Source: an uncultured Methanoregula sp. (GTDB taxonomy: Archaea; Halobacteriota; Methanomicrobia; Methanomicrobiales; Methanospirillaceae). From it: DNA of 62,944 nt. The position numbers and the translations under genes are program-made. Each line of letters starts with the position of its first letter. The first letter of the stretch is position 1. Location of the stretch: assembly GCA_964503195.1 (NCBI GenBank), contig CAZCZK010000001.1, forward strand, positions 1-62,944, in the 5' to 3' direction. Below are positions 20,445 through 29,991 of the stretch, one piece after another. The notes under the pieces were generated by a model. The model saw only the letters and a list, made by a program, of their open reading frames with translations. It made no database searches and was not told where the DNA came from.

Positions 20445-21884
20445 ATGCAAAAAAATCTCTCATTTTATACCTTTTTTTATTTGGGGGGGCTGATCATGAT
20501 GAGAGTGTGCGGGATACTTGCAAAGATCCTGTTAGCCCGCTCAATCACCCCCTATGAATACGGTCTGATCACATTACTCGTTATTGCGCTGCCCGGGACC
20601 TTGCAGGTCATTACCAATTTTTGTTTTTTTGATATTATGGGTCATTCTGTGGAAGGAAAAAGATATTTTAGTTTTTCCCTTATGTACGGAATGATCACCT
20701 CCCTGATTATTTTAATCGTCTTCCTCGTATTTCCGGAAGCGATTTTTCAGTTTCTTAACCTGCCTTTGCAATCCTGGCTTCTCTGGAGCGGTATCTTATT
20801 TGGAGTCCTCCTTTCCGTTACCCTCGGGGGGGTAATCACCGGCATGTTACGAGGGCAAAGGTCCCATTCACTTTCTTCTGCATTTTCTGCAGCGCCCAGC
20901 ATTTTAAGAATTGTTTTTATCGTAGCGGCAGTATATCTGTTCGGGATTACTGACTTTTATCAGATTCTGGTGATATTTGCCCTTCCCCCGGTCGTCGCAT
21001 TAATACCCGTGATTATGTACAAAAGAAAAGCGATATATGAGTCCTTCCACGCTATCACTGTACCCGACCGGGATATCCTCCTGTTTGGCTTCTCCTTTTT
21101 TATTTTAAATGCGTGGGTATCATTGGGTCAGCATATCAACTCTATCGTGATAAGTCATGATCTCGGTATCGTTTGGCAGGGATATTTCGATGTGTCCCTG
21201 AGCCTCGTTGCAGTCATTTCCTTTTTCTCCGGGGCAATTTACTTGATCTCAGCACCCGAAACCTCTGCAAATCCCAATAGTTCTGAAATACTCAGGAAAC
21301 GCGGGGGTTTTGCAGATATCAGCCGCCTGTTTCTTTCAGCGTGCCTGCTCTGCGTTCTGATATTTTATTTCTACTCCCACCAGCTTATCGGGATTTTGTT
21401 CTCCTCGGATTATGCCCCTGCGGGAGATTATCTTATCATACTTGCGATAGGATACATGGTCTTATTCGTGCAGCAGTATTGCGCTTATTTATCGATTTCA
21501 AGTGAGAAAGAAGGAGTTTCGCGATTGACAATCCTCACAGTTGCCAGTATCGCAGTTTTTCCCGTGTTTACCCATCTCATGATCCAGCAATTCCAGTTCA
21601 TGGGAGCCTACCTTGCTATGACCAGTCTGATAGTTATCTATACCATCATAACCCTGCTTTTAATCAAGGATAATACACCGTTTAAGCTGTTACTCTCCCG
21701 GCCCGACCGGCTGGTTCTTTCTGGTGCCACAACCTTTGTTATTTTGTATGTTTTCCATTTTCCACTCTTTACCGGTCTCGTCGTATCAACCGTGACCTTT
21801 TTGATCATGATTATAGTATCCGGATATATTGAGAAAAGTATGGTAACCGATCTGGTATCATCCATAAAATCGAAAATCCATTGA
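20445..21884 (+). CDS. Oligosaccharide flippase (Wzx/MOP family)
   Basis: About 14 TM; LLARSITPYEYG and LFSSDYAPA MOP-type motifs. Confidence 0.8.
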   Translation: MQKNLSFYTFFYLGGLIMMRVCGILAKILLARSITPYEYGLITLLVIALPGTLQVITNFCFFDIMGHSVEGKRYFSFSLMYGMITSLIILIVFLVFPEAIFQFLNLPLQSWLLWSGILFGVLLSVTLGGVITGMLRGQRSHSLSSAFSAAPSILRIVFIVAAVYLFGITDFYQILVIFALPPVVALIPVIMYKRKAIYESFHAITVPDRDILLFGFSFFILNAWVSLGQHINSIVISHDLGIVWQGYFDVSLSLVAVISFFSGAIYLISAPETSANPNSSEILRKRGGFADISRLFLSACLLCVLIFYFYSHQLIGILFSSDYAPAGDYLIILAIGYMVLFVQQYCAYLSISSEKEGVSRLTILTVASIAVFPVFTHLMIQQFQFMGAYLAMTSLIVIYTIITLLLIKDNTPFKLLLSRPDRLVLSGATTFVILYVFHFPLFTGLVVSTVTFLIMIIVSGYIEKSMVTDLVSSIKSKIH

Positions 21885-21997
21885 TGGATCCATTCCCGGT
21901 AACTCTCGACTGAATATAGATAAAAAAAAGCGACTTCACGACGGGAAGAGACCCGACAAGATCCCATTTTATCGAATTCTCGTAAAGGTTCTTTACC

Positions 21998-22996
21998 TTA
22001 AGATATACTGATACCGTGATTCCCGAAATAGCGTTCAAGAGTCCGACCATATTTATCCATTGTTGGGGATTTTGTCCGTGACTCCAGATCAAACCAGTAA
22101 ATCGAATTTTTTTCACAGTCTCCCTTGATAGGTTCAGGGATACCAAATGAGATCAGAAGACCGGGTTTTTTGTATTTTTTCATTTTTTCATCTATTTCCG
22201 AAAAGAGGTCCGTCCTGGGGAGAAACAGGATAGTCCGATTCTGAAAAAGGAAGATCATTTCAAGGTTGTCCCAGGATTTGACCGGGATGATGTTCTCCTG
22301 GTAGACATGCATAAAATCCATCAGGATATCTTTTACGATGATATTTTTATCTTCAGGAGTTAAATTTCTGCGTCTTTCAGATGTTTTAGCAATCCCCTTT
22401 GCAGGCTGCCCCACCACCACTGTGTCAGGGTTCACATTTTTGGTAACAACGGATCGTGCACCGATCGTTGCATCGTGCCCTATGGTAACACCGGGCAATA
22501 CAAAGACATTTCCACCTACGTAAGTGCCGTCCTCAATAATAATCGGGCCAAAATCGTAGGGAGCCCCATCGAGAACCGGGTGGAAAACCATGTGGGTATA
22601 AAACCAGCCGCCACCCCCAATCCCGATATCATTACCAAGGCTTATGTCCCTTCTCAGATCAAAATGACATTCCTGGTCGATATATACATTTTTTCCTGCG
22701 GTGAAATCATGTTGTCCCGATATTCTTGTATTGTTTTTTATCTGTGTACCGGTTCCCAGGGAAAAATTGTTAGAGAAAATATGGACACCGTCTCCTACCG
22801 TCACATCGTCGCCAATATGGATTTTTTTAAATTCATACCCCAGGGGGATAATAAAGGAGCCGAGACCAAGCTCTACATTTTTCCCGATTCTTGCTCCCAT
22901 ACACCGATAGAGGAATATTTTCAATTCGGAGGGGAGATAGGAAAATCCTACGAGCGCCATTTTCTCCAGATATTTAACCAACGACAAGAGAATCAC
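21998..22996 (-). CDS. Hexapeptide-repeat (LbH) acyltransferase with C-terminal extension
   Basis: Repeated IG/VG hexads; PIIIEDGTYVG..VFVLPGVTIGHDATIGARSVVTKNV...VVGQPAK. Confidence 0.88.
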   Translation of the reverse strand: MILLSLVKYLEKMALVGFSYLPSELKIFLYRCMGARIGKNVELGLGSFIIPLGYEFKKIHIGDDVTVGDGVHIFSNNFSLGTGTQIKNNTRISGQHDFTAGKNVYIDQECHFDLRRDISLGNDIGIGGGGWFYTHMVFHPVLDGAPYDFGPIIIEDGTYVGGNVFVLPGVTIGHDATIGARSVVTKNVNPDTVVVGQPAKGIAKTSERRRNLTPEDKNIIVKDILMDFMHVYQENIIPVKSWDNLEMIFLFQNRTILFLPRTDLFSEIDEKMKKYKKPGLLISFGIPEPIKGDCEKNSIYWFDLESRTKSPTMDKYGRTLERYFGNHGISIS

Positions 22997-23144
22997 CCGG
23001 TATTTCTCTAGGTTACCGTATGGGAAGCAATCTATTTATTAGATATCTGATTTGTATGATTCTCACGATCCGTCCTATCTCAAAGCCATTTGGTCAGATT
23101 AGGCTGAAAAAGCAAATATCCTTATTATTTAAGAATAAATTCTA

Positions 23145-23576
23145 GTGTACTTACCTATGTTCCCCCAGGTGGAGTTGACGGACAGTTCAGGACTCATGAA
23201 AATCGCGGTGATAATTGCCGTTTTCCTTGGCCTTATAGCAGCAATTTTTTTTATCGTGATTCAGAAGGAATCCTATTCGGCAATTTATTTCGTTCCTGAT
23301 AGCATTACCCACGATACCGTTGAGAATGCCGTTTTTTTTACCTACGGTATAAAATCATCTGAAACGGGAAAAATGGATTATACCCTTAATACATTTGCAG
23401 AAAAGACGCTCCTGAAAACCAGGACTTTTTCTTTAAACCAGGGAGAGATTTTTGAGGAGCGGGTAAAGATAACCATACCCCCCGATATGAACTACCCGTT
23501 GAAAATCAGTCTTAAAATGACAACGAACGCGGCAACAGAAGAAATTCATTTCTGGTTACCAGAGGTAAGGCAATAA
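23145..23576 (+). CDS. Membrane-anchored protein resembling the DUF1616 C-terminal domain
   Basis: One TM helix then beta-rich domain ending EEIHFWL; start could be 23157 or 23196. Confidence 0.6.
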   Translation: MYLPMFPQVELTDSSGLMKIAVIIAVFLGLIAAIFFIVIQKESYSAIYFVPDSITHDTVENAVFFTYGIKSSETGKMDYTLNTFAEKTLLKTRTFSLNQGEIFEERVKITIPPDMNYPLKISLKMTTNAATEEIHFWLPEVRQ

Positions 23577-23763
23577 TCCCCGTTAAAAACCTGTTGTGCC
23601 TTTTTTCGCTGAAGGATCCCATTGTCATTATCCATTCAGGAGCAGATCGAATGACATTCCCTCTTGAATAAAACACTCGTTATGATACACAATGAATGTG
23701 ATTTGTTGTGGAGTCATATACGAAAGTACTTTAGCGCCTTATAACATATTTTTTAGCGGACAC

Positions 23764-24669
23764 ATGCAAGAAACAATACCTTCCCTTGCCCGGGATATAC
23801 AAAAAGTTGCGTTAATCTGGACCGCTTTTTGTCTTTTAACTCTGGGCTCATTTATCCTGACCCAGAACTCCAGTTACATGGAAATTGACGCGTTAAGCAT
23901 GTGGATCCTGTCATGTGTTGCGATTATTTATCTCTCTCAAAAATATAAGGGGCAGACGGTCAGCACTCCAGATTATTTTTTTCTGATTATCGGATTTTTG
24001 ATGTGTTTACTGAGTTTTTTCTGTATTCCCCTGGGTATTACGAATCCCCCCTTTTCGATTGGAGAATTTTCCCTGTTCCTCTCTGGCATGGGAGTTATGA
24101 TTTTTGCCCTTCTTGGCTTTCGATGGCTCTTGTTACCGGTATCTATTCCTTTCATAGCCGTCATGGGGTTTAGTGGATACGAAACGTTCCTGAGAAATGA
24201 GGACTGGATTACAGCCCCGCTGATTCCCGTTATAACAAATATCACTGTTGCCATGTTGAATTTCCTTGGTCTCAGCACTACTGTCACCAATGGAAACATT
24301 ATTTCTTTCATGTCCCAAACCGGGAGCCCTATCAATCTATCCATTGTGCCCGATTGTACCGGTATCTGGTCACTGGGCACATTTACCGTGACGGTGATTA
24401 TTGTACTTTCCAGTTTTCCAGCGAGTTTTACCAAAAAAAGCCTTGTATTAATAGCAATCGGGTATCTCGGAACGGTCGTTGCAAACCTTACCAGAATTGT
24501 ATTGATTGCACTTGCCGGTTATTTTTTTGGTCCATCCGGGGTAATTGAAAATGTCCATATCCATATCGGCTGGATTGTCTTTTCCGCATGGCTGATCATT
24601 TTTTGGTATTATTACTTCACGCGCCAGCTCGGTATCGTATTCTTTAAAAAGAAGAGTGAATCGGCATAA
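23764..24669 (+). CDS. artC: Archaeosortase (exosortase family), probably ArtC for PEF-CTERM
   Basis: About 8 TM; catalytic triad PDCTG (Cys), NLTRI (Arg), VHIHIG (His); a PEF-CTERM substrate lies in the same locus. Confidence 0.85.
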   Translation: MQETIPSLARDIQKVALIWTAFCLLTLGSFILTQNSSYMEIDALSMWILSCVAIIYLSQKYKGQTVSTPDYFFLIIGFLMCLLSFFCIPLGITNPPFSIGEFSLFLSGMGVMIFALLGFRWLLLPVSIPFIAVMGFSGYETFLRNEDWITAPLIPVITNITVAMLNFLGLSTTVTNGNIISFMSQTGSPINLSIVPDCTGIWSLGTFTVTVIIVLSSFPASFTKKSLVLIAIGYLGTVVANLTRIVLIALAGYFFGPSGVIENVHIHIGWIVFSAWLIIFWYYYFTRQLGIVFFKKKSESA

Positions 24670-24741
24670 GAAAAGAAATAATTGCTCTGCTGAAACATGG
24701 CATGGACGGGAGTTCACACCAGAAGCATGAAAATCTACGGT

Positions 24742-24853
24742 ACGAGGGCTCCCCGCATCAGGGCCCCTCCCTGGCACGGCGATGCAGACTGCCGTTTTTG
24801 CAGGTAATGGATCAGCCGCGGGCGTCCCTTTTTGGGGCGGCGGGGTTCATCGT
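24742..24853 (+). repeat. GC-rich multi-hairpin intergenic element (REP/MITE-like or structured RNA)
   Basis: Closing stem ACGA..CCCCGC/GCGGGG..TCGT; hairpins CAGGG/CCCTG, ACGGC/GCCGT and CGTCCC-TTTT-GGGGCG. Confidence 0.5.
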
Positions 24854-25004
24854 TCCTGAGTAGAATGAATTTGAAAACACCGTAAAATGTTTCACGGTAT
24901 TCTCGATTTAATATGAAAAACCTCCGGTATTTTCATCCGGTGTGCTCGTGGCCCTTTTCGCATCATGTTTGTTTTTCATGGGAAACCCTCTTTTCAAGTG
25001 ATGA

Positions 25005-25166
25005 TCGCTCCCCCTCGCGCCAAGCCTGCCCCCATGGGGGGCTCATGGCACACGCGATTGAGATTACCTTAATGGGAATTTCTTCTCCTCAGTCCCGTAC
25101 AGGAAATACGGCCTAATCGCAACCGGGGGATGCCAGGGCAGCGGGGGCAGAGCCCCAAAGAGCGTC
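25005..25166 (-). ncRNA. Structured non-coding element, copy A (homologous to 31829-31970)
   Basis: Reverse complement shares GGGC-nnn-GCCC hairpin, CCCCGGTTG, AATCGC..GCCATGAGCCCC and GGGCAGG with copy B; compensatory changes in stems. Confidence 0.6.
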
Positions 25167-25268
25167 AAAATTACTATCAAATGATGTCTACAGAGCAGAA
25201 ATAATCATACGTGATAAAAACCGGAAAAATTGTTTTTTCTTCCATCTGAAAAAAGGTAATTGTTTTCA

Positions 25269-28200
25269 CTATTCTAATTTGATGAAGACAGCATTTTGAG
25301 AGGAGGTCATTGTATCAATAACGGTAATACGAAGCAGCTTGCTGGTCAGAAGCTTCCCGTCACTGGTAACGAGGGTAATATCATAGGTACCGGCCTGATC
25401 ATATCCCGGAGTCCACGAGAACCGGTGGGTTGCGGAATCAACGGTTGCCCCCTTTGGCAGATTTTTTGCAGAGTAGGTGATAACATCATGGTTCCAGTCA
25501 CCGGCAACGATATTCAGCCGTATAATAGCTCCCTCGTTAACCGTTTTTGCTGTGAAGTTCCCCAAGGGGAAATAAGGTGCATAGTTCACTTTTACCGCGG
25601 TGAAAGTAACACTTCGGCTGACTGATACCGTTCCATCGGTTACCCTGAAGGTAACTACATAGTTCCCTGTCTGGGTGTATGCCGGCATCCAGGTAAACAG
25701 CCGTGTTGCCGGATCGAACGTTGCGCCCGAAGGGAGATTGGAGGCAGAATATGTCAGCGGATCTCCGTCAGGATCAGATGCCGTGACCCTGACATGTACC
25801 AGCTCCTTCTGGTTGACCGATGCATCTGCGATAGCTCCGATTACCGGGGCCTTATTGCTGACATTGTTGTTGTTAATCACAATGATATTGAGCAGTGCGC
25901 GTGCCTGAAGCTGCCCGTCACTAATAATTAAGGTAATATCATAGGTACCGGCCTGGTCATATCCCGGCGTCCATGAAAATGTATGCGTTTCAGAATCAAC
26001 GGTTGCCCCCTTTGGCAGGTTCGTTGCAGTATAGGTGATAGTATCTTCGTTCCAGTCAGCGGCTATGATATTCAGCTGTATCGTGGTTCCTGCGTTCACT
26101 GTTTTTGTGGTGTAGTTCCCCGATGGGAAGTAGGGCGGATAGTTCACTTTTACCGCCGTGAAGGTAACATTCCGGCTTGTTGTTGCTATTCCATCGGTTA
26201 CCCTGAACGTGACGGTATAGTTCCCCGTCTGATTGTATGCCGGCGACCAGGTAAACTTCCGGGTTTCCGGAGAGAATTTTGAACCAGATGGGAGGCGGGA
26301 GGCAGAGTATGTCAGGGTATCTCCATCCGGATCGGAAGCCGTAACATTAACGGTCAGTGTTTCTTTCTGGCTGACCGATACATCTGCGATAACTCCGAAT
26401 ACGGGTGCGTTGTTGGTGCTCTCACGAACGCTAATCTGTACTGACTGGTTATCCGAGAGCAATCCGTCACTTACCATGAACGTGACATTAAATGATCCTG
26501 CCTGACCATCTGCAGGTGTCCATGTGAACGTGTGGTTTGCAGGATGGAATGTTGCATTCTTCGGTAATTCGCCGGAGGAGTAGGTGAGTACATCCCCGTC
26601 TGCATCCGTTGCATTTATGGCAAATTGAAGAGTTGAACGAACAATTACGGTCTTGTTTTCAATATCCTCGAACACGGGGGCCCGGTTTAACAGGGGGTCC
26701 CGGTTTAATTCTTTCACCGTTATCAGCACACTTCTGCTGTCGCCCTGAAGACCATCAGTCACATTGAACACGACTATGAATTTCCCCGTCTGGTTTGTAT
26801 CCGGGGTCCAGGAAAAGGTCCTGGTCGCTGGGTCGAATGTTGCATTTCTCGGTAAATCACTGGCTGAATAGGTGAGCACGTCCCCGTCTGCATCCGTTGC
26901 ATTTATGGCAAATTGATGAGTTGAATGAACGACTACGGTCTTGTTTTCAATATCCTCGAACACGGGGGCCTGGTTTTCTTCTTTTACCGTTATCAGCATG
27001 GTACAGCTGTCGCTCATTCGACCGTCAGTTACCAGGAATGTTACCGAATACTTCCCTACCTGGTTCTCATTCGGAGTCCAGGAAAAGGTCCGGGACGTTG
27101 CATTAAATGTTGAATATTGAGGGAGGTTTGAGGCACTTGCCTGTAATTTTCCCGTTCCGGTGTAGGTGACGCTCAGCGGGACTGTCAGGTGTTCATCGAT
27201 ATTCACGGTCTGGCGGGAGATAGGATCGATGATCAGATAGTCTTCCGAGGATATTGCAAATTCGTGTTCGGTCAGGGTCGTGGAAATTGTCAGGGTCTTT
27301 GCATTTTGATCCGACACCCAGTCATTATAGACAACACCATCCCGTAAAACCCGGGTTCCCACAATATTGTTCAATGTGATGGATCCACTTAAATCGCCCT
27401 TGATTCTGAATTTAATTTCATTTCCTTCTCGTTTTAAGGTGAAATAGTCTAACTTTTTGCTAATGCTTACAATCGTTGAGGTATTCTTTTTAAGAGAGGC
27501 CCCGTTGATGAAGGTAAATTCATTATTGCTCCCGGCATTCCTGATGAAAGCCGTATCGGCATCGGTCGAATATCCGGCAAATGAGGATGTTCCTTTTCCG
27601 GTGTAGATGTAATCATCAGACGATAATGAACTCACCCTGACCGCATGTCCTGTCCCGGTTACGGGGATTTCGGTTGCGGATTTGGGGAGTTCATCAGCGT
27701 AACTGGAGAGGAGGGCGGTGACCCGGTATTCAGAGGTGGCAGCCGGGGTCCTGAAGTACACAACCGGTGAATACACTTCTGACTCTGCAGAATATCCCCC
27801 GATTCTGCCGGTATTCTTTTCGATCAGGATTTCTGATGAGGGCGCGGAGAACATATTGAGCCGTACATCTTTCCCGTAGGGATTTTTGGTAGTCCAGGTG
27901 AGAGAATTCGTTGTAATGCCAGTACGCGTTTCGGTTTTCGGCGATAACGGCAACCAGTTATAGGACGTTGAACCGATGACAAGATTTCCGTTGACATGCC
28001 CGATTTCTCCGGTATACTTGCCGTCTTTATTTGCATCAACCGTCGGGGTAACCATAAGACTGGTTGGTCGGAAGATATTGCGGTAAACCCAGGGTTGCGT
28101 GCTTTCAAACCGGTCTACAACAAGGAAATAGTCGGTGTCCGGGTATACAATCGTGCGTTCGTACTGGACGGGGTTTGAAAGAGTCTGGGAAACACCATAT

Positions 28201-29750
28201 CCTCCGGCCATAACGGTTTTTACCGATACATTGCTCTGCAGGAGCTGCATCCAGGGCATCTGGATGAGCGTATTCACCGTTGCAGGAGTCGCGAAACTAT
28301 AATCCGTTCCTTTGAATATGCCAGCGGAGGTACTTCCTGATATTGGGGTGAGTTTGAACGGGGTTCTTGGATCTTCAAGTGCTATGGTATTGTGATGGAT
28401 ATCATACTCCCCATATGAGCTGGTGTACTTGGGTTCCCCGGCATCAGCGAGGAGCAGGTCCCCGCGGCTGTAGTATTCAAACGCCAACTGGTCGTTATGC
28501 CTCATGTCCCGGTTGCTATCACCAGGTTTGTTCCAGGTGATAAGGGAAAGCCAGTCCGCATCATCATTCCAGTTTTCACGAAATACCTGGTATATACTCT
28601 TGGGATCCAGATGGCTGGTAGCAGCCAAAAAGGTCCGGGGAATTGATGCATAATTTCCATACACGCAATACTGAAGGGCGCCGGAAGGGTTTCCGCCCAT
28701 GGTAGTACTGTAAGGCAAAATCTTCGATCCTGCTACCCGGTCGAGGTGGTTGAGAATCTGGCCTTTTTCAGTATCCGACAGGAGGCTGATAATTCCTGTA
28801 TGATACGCCCATTTGGTATTCCCACTCGTGACGAAATTATTGCTGTAACTGTTTGGTAAGGATTCCCAGAGTTCTGAAGTGAAGGCTTTCTTGACTGCAG
28901 GGTATTTTTCCAACAGGTTTTCACCGTAGGTATGGTACGCAACCTGGAGCCAAAGTGAATAGTCATCGGTTACATAGGATTTGTAGGCACCTAAAAAGTT
29001 TTTCCCGGATGCTTCCTCAAACCCGTAACTGAAGAGCGATCGCCCCGATGTATGGAGTTGATCATTCTCAAAAAGATATACCGTTCCGACTTTGTACCAG
29101 TCTGCGGGTGTCGACGAAAGCGGCAGGTTATGAGGATTGGTATAATCTGATAGTGCTGCACCGGCAACTCCCACCATCGGGTATGCCTGACCATGGTAAT
29201 CGGCAAATGTCACGTACTTCAGGTTTTTTCCATTGTCGTTGAGATCTTTATAGACAGTATCAGCTAGCGTAGCTAATTTATCCCGGATAGTTGCATCCGT
29301 TGCTGGATCGAGAGACGGTTGGATAAAATCATAGGCGAGTGAATAGGAACCTAACGCGAGTGCCCGGTCTGTTTTTCCGGATACCGTTCCTACGTCCAGA
29401 TTCAGGAGGGCTTCACGGGCTTTCTGGGCATACTGGGCTTTTTTGGTTATCTGATAGGCAAGACCAAGGTACTCGGCAAATCCTCCACGATAATTAACCC
29501 GGTCATAGCTGCCCAGCGATCCGGAAAAAGTCCTTGTAAGTGACTGGTCTGCACTTGACAGGATACCCGATTCCCAGCTCTTCCAGGGGGTTATGGTGCG
29601 ATACTGGTAGCCGGGTGCATCGCTGATGTCATGAAATAGCATATATGGATGCCCCGTCTGCGGTCCTGCTGCTCCAATGCCTGGGAGCATCAGGGACACA
29701 AGCATGAGCCCCCACAATAGAATTACAGTAAAATTTTTTTTATCGTTCAT
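25269..29750 (-). CDS. Secreted heparinase II/III-like lyase (copy 2) with 7 C-terminal He_PIG/cadherin-like Ig repeats
   Basis: Signal peptide; N-terminal ~760 aa highly similar to 13657-16188; repeats NxAPVF...DxDGDxLTYSA..LP..ATF...FxWTP...Q.G.Y.VTF.VTDG. Confidence 0.82.
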   Translation of the reverse strand: MNDKKNFTVILLWGLMLVSLMLPGIGAAGPQTGHPYMLFHDISDAPGYQYRTITPWKSWESGILSSADQSLTRTFSGSLGSYDRVNYRGGFAEYLGLAYQITKKAQYAQKAREALLNLDVGTVSGKTDRALALGSYSLAYDFIQPSLDPATDATIRDKLATLADTVYKDLNDNGKNLKYVTFADYHGQAYPMVGVAGAALSDYTNPHNLPLSSTPADWYKVGTVYLFENDQLHTSGRSLFSYGFEEASGKNFLGAYKSYVTDDYSLWLQVAYHTYGENLLEKYPAVKKAFTSELWESLPNSYSNNFVTSGNTKWAYHTGIISLLSDTEKGQILNHLDRVAGSKILPYSTTMGGNPSGALQYCVYGNYASIPRTFLAATSHLDPKSIYQVFRENWNDDADWLSLITWNKPGDSNRDMRHNDQLAFEYYSRGDLLLADAGEPKYTSSYGEYDIHHNTIALEDPRTPFKLTPISGSTSAGIFKGTDYSFATPATVNTLIQMPWMQLLQSNVSVKTVMAGGYGVSQTLSNPVQYERTIVYPDTDYFLVVDRFESTQPWVYRNIFRPTSLMVTPTVDANKDGKYTGEIGHVNGNLVIGSTSYNWLPLSPKTETRTGITTNSLTWTTKNPYGKDVRLNMFSAPSSEILIEKNTGRIGGYSAESEVYSPVVYFRTPAATSEYRVTALLSSYADELPKSATEIPVTGTGHAVRVSSLSSDDYIYTGKGTSSFAGYSTDADTAFIRNAGSNNEFTFINGASLKKNTSTIVSISKKLDYFTLKREGNEIKFRIKGDLSGSITLNNIVGTRVLRDGVVYNDWVSDQNAKTLTISTTLTEHEFAISSEDYLIIDPISRQTVNIDEHLTVPLSVTYTGTGKLQASASNLPQYSTFNATSRTFSWTPNENQVGKYSVTFLVTDGRMSDSCTMLITVKEENQAPVFEDIENKTVVVHSTHQFAINATDADGDVLTYSASDLPRNATFDPATRTFSWTPDTNQTGKFIVVFNVTDGLQGDSRSVLITVKELNRDPLLNRAPVFEDIENKTVIVRSTLQFAINATDADGDVLTYSSGELPKNATFHPANHTFTWTPADGQAGSFNVTFMVSDGLLSDNQSVQISVRESTNNAPVFGVIADVSVSQKETLTVNVTASDPDGDTLTYSASRLPSGSKFSPETRKFTWSPAYNQTGNYTVTFRVTDGIATTSRNVTFTAVKVNYPPYFPSGNYTTKTVNAGTTIQLNIIAADWNEDTITYTATNLPKGATVDSETHTFSWTPGYDQAGTYDITLIISDGQLQARALLNIIVINNNNVSNKAPVIGAIADASVNQKELVHVRVTASDPDGDPLTYSASNLPSGATFDPATRLFTWMPAYTQTGNYVVTFRVTDGTVSVSRSVTFTAVKVNYAPYFPLGNFTAKTVNEGAIIRLNIVAGDWNHDVITYSAKNLPKGATVDSATHRFSWTPGYDQAGTYDITLVTSDGKLLTSKLLRITVIDTMTSSQNAVFIKLE

Positions 29751-29850
29751 GTCCCTTCACCTATTAACTCAATTGATTTTTATAATGGCAAAACCCCGCG
29801 AGTTCCAACTGATAACCATGAAGATCTAACGAATCGCGTAAAAGTATTCT

Positions 29851-29896
29851 ATTATTGTAAACTATATAATGCTTATCCTCAATGTATTACAATAAT
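29851..29896. promoter_or_regulatory. 10-bp perfect inverted repeat flanking a TATA-like box in a divergent promoter
   Basis: ATTATTGTAA-N26-TTACAATAAT; the spacer contains TATATAAT. Confidence 0.45.
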
Positions 29897-29991
29897 GTAT
29901 AGTGATTAAACAATCCTAAAGGAGTACATAAAAAAACAGTATATTGATATGTATTAATGTAAAAAATATTAAGTATAGTAGCGTGTTTTCC

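Noticed and set aside
24913-25116. Small ORFs over the structured elements (also 31640-31900)
   Set aside because: Conservation between copies follows base pairing, not codons; better explained as non-coding.
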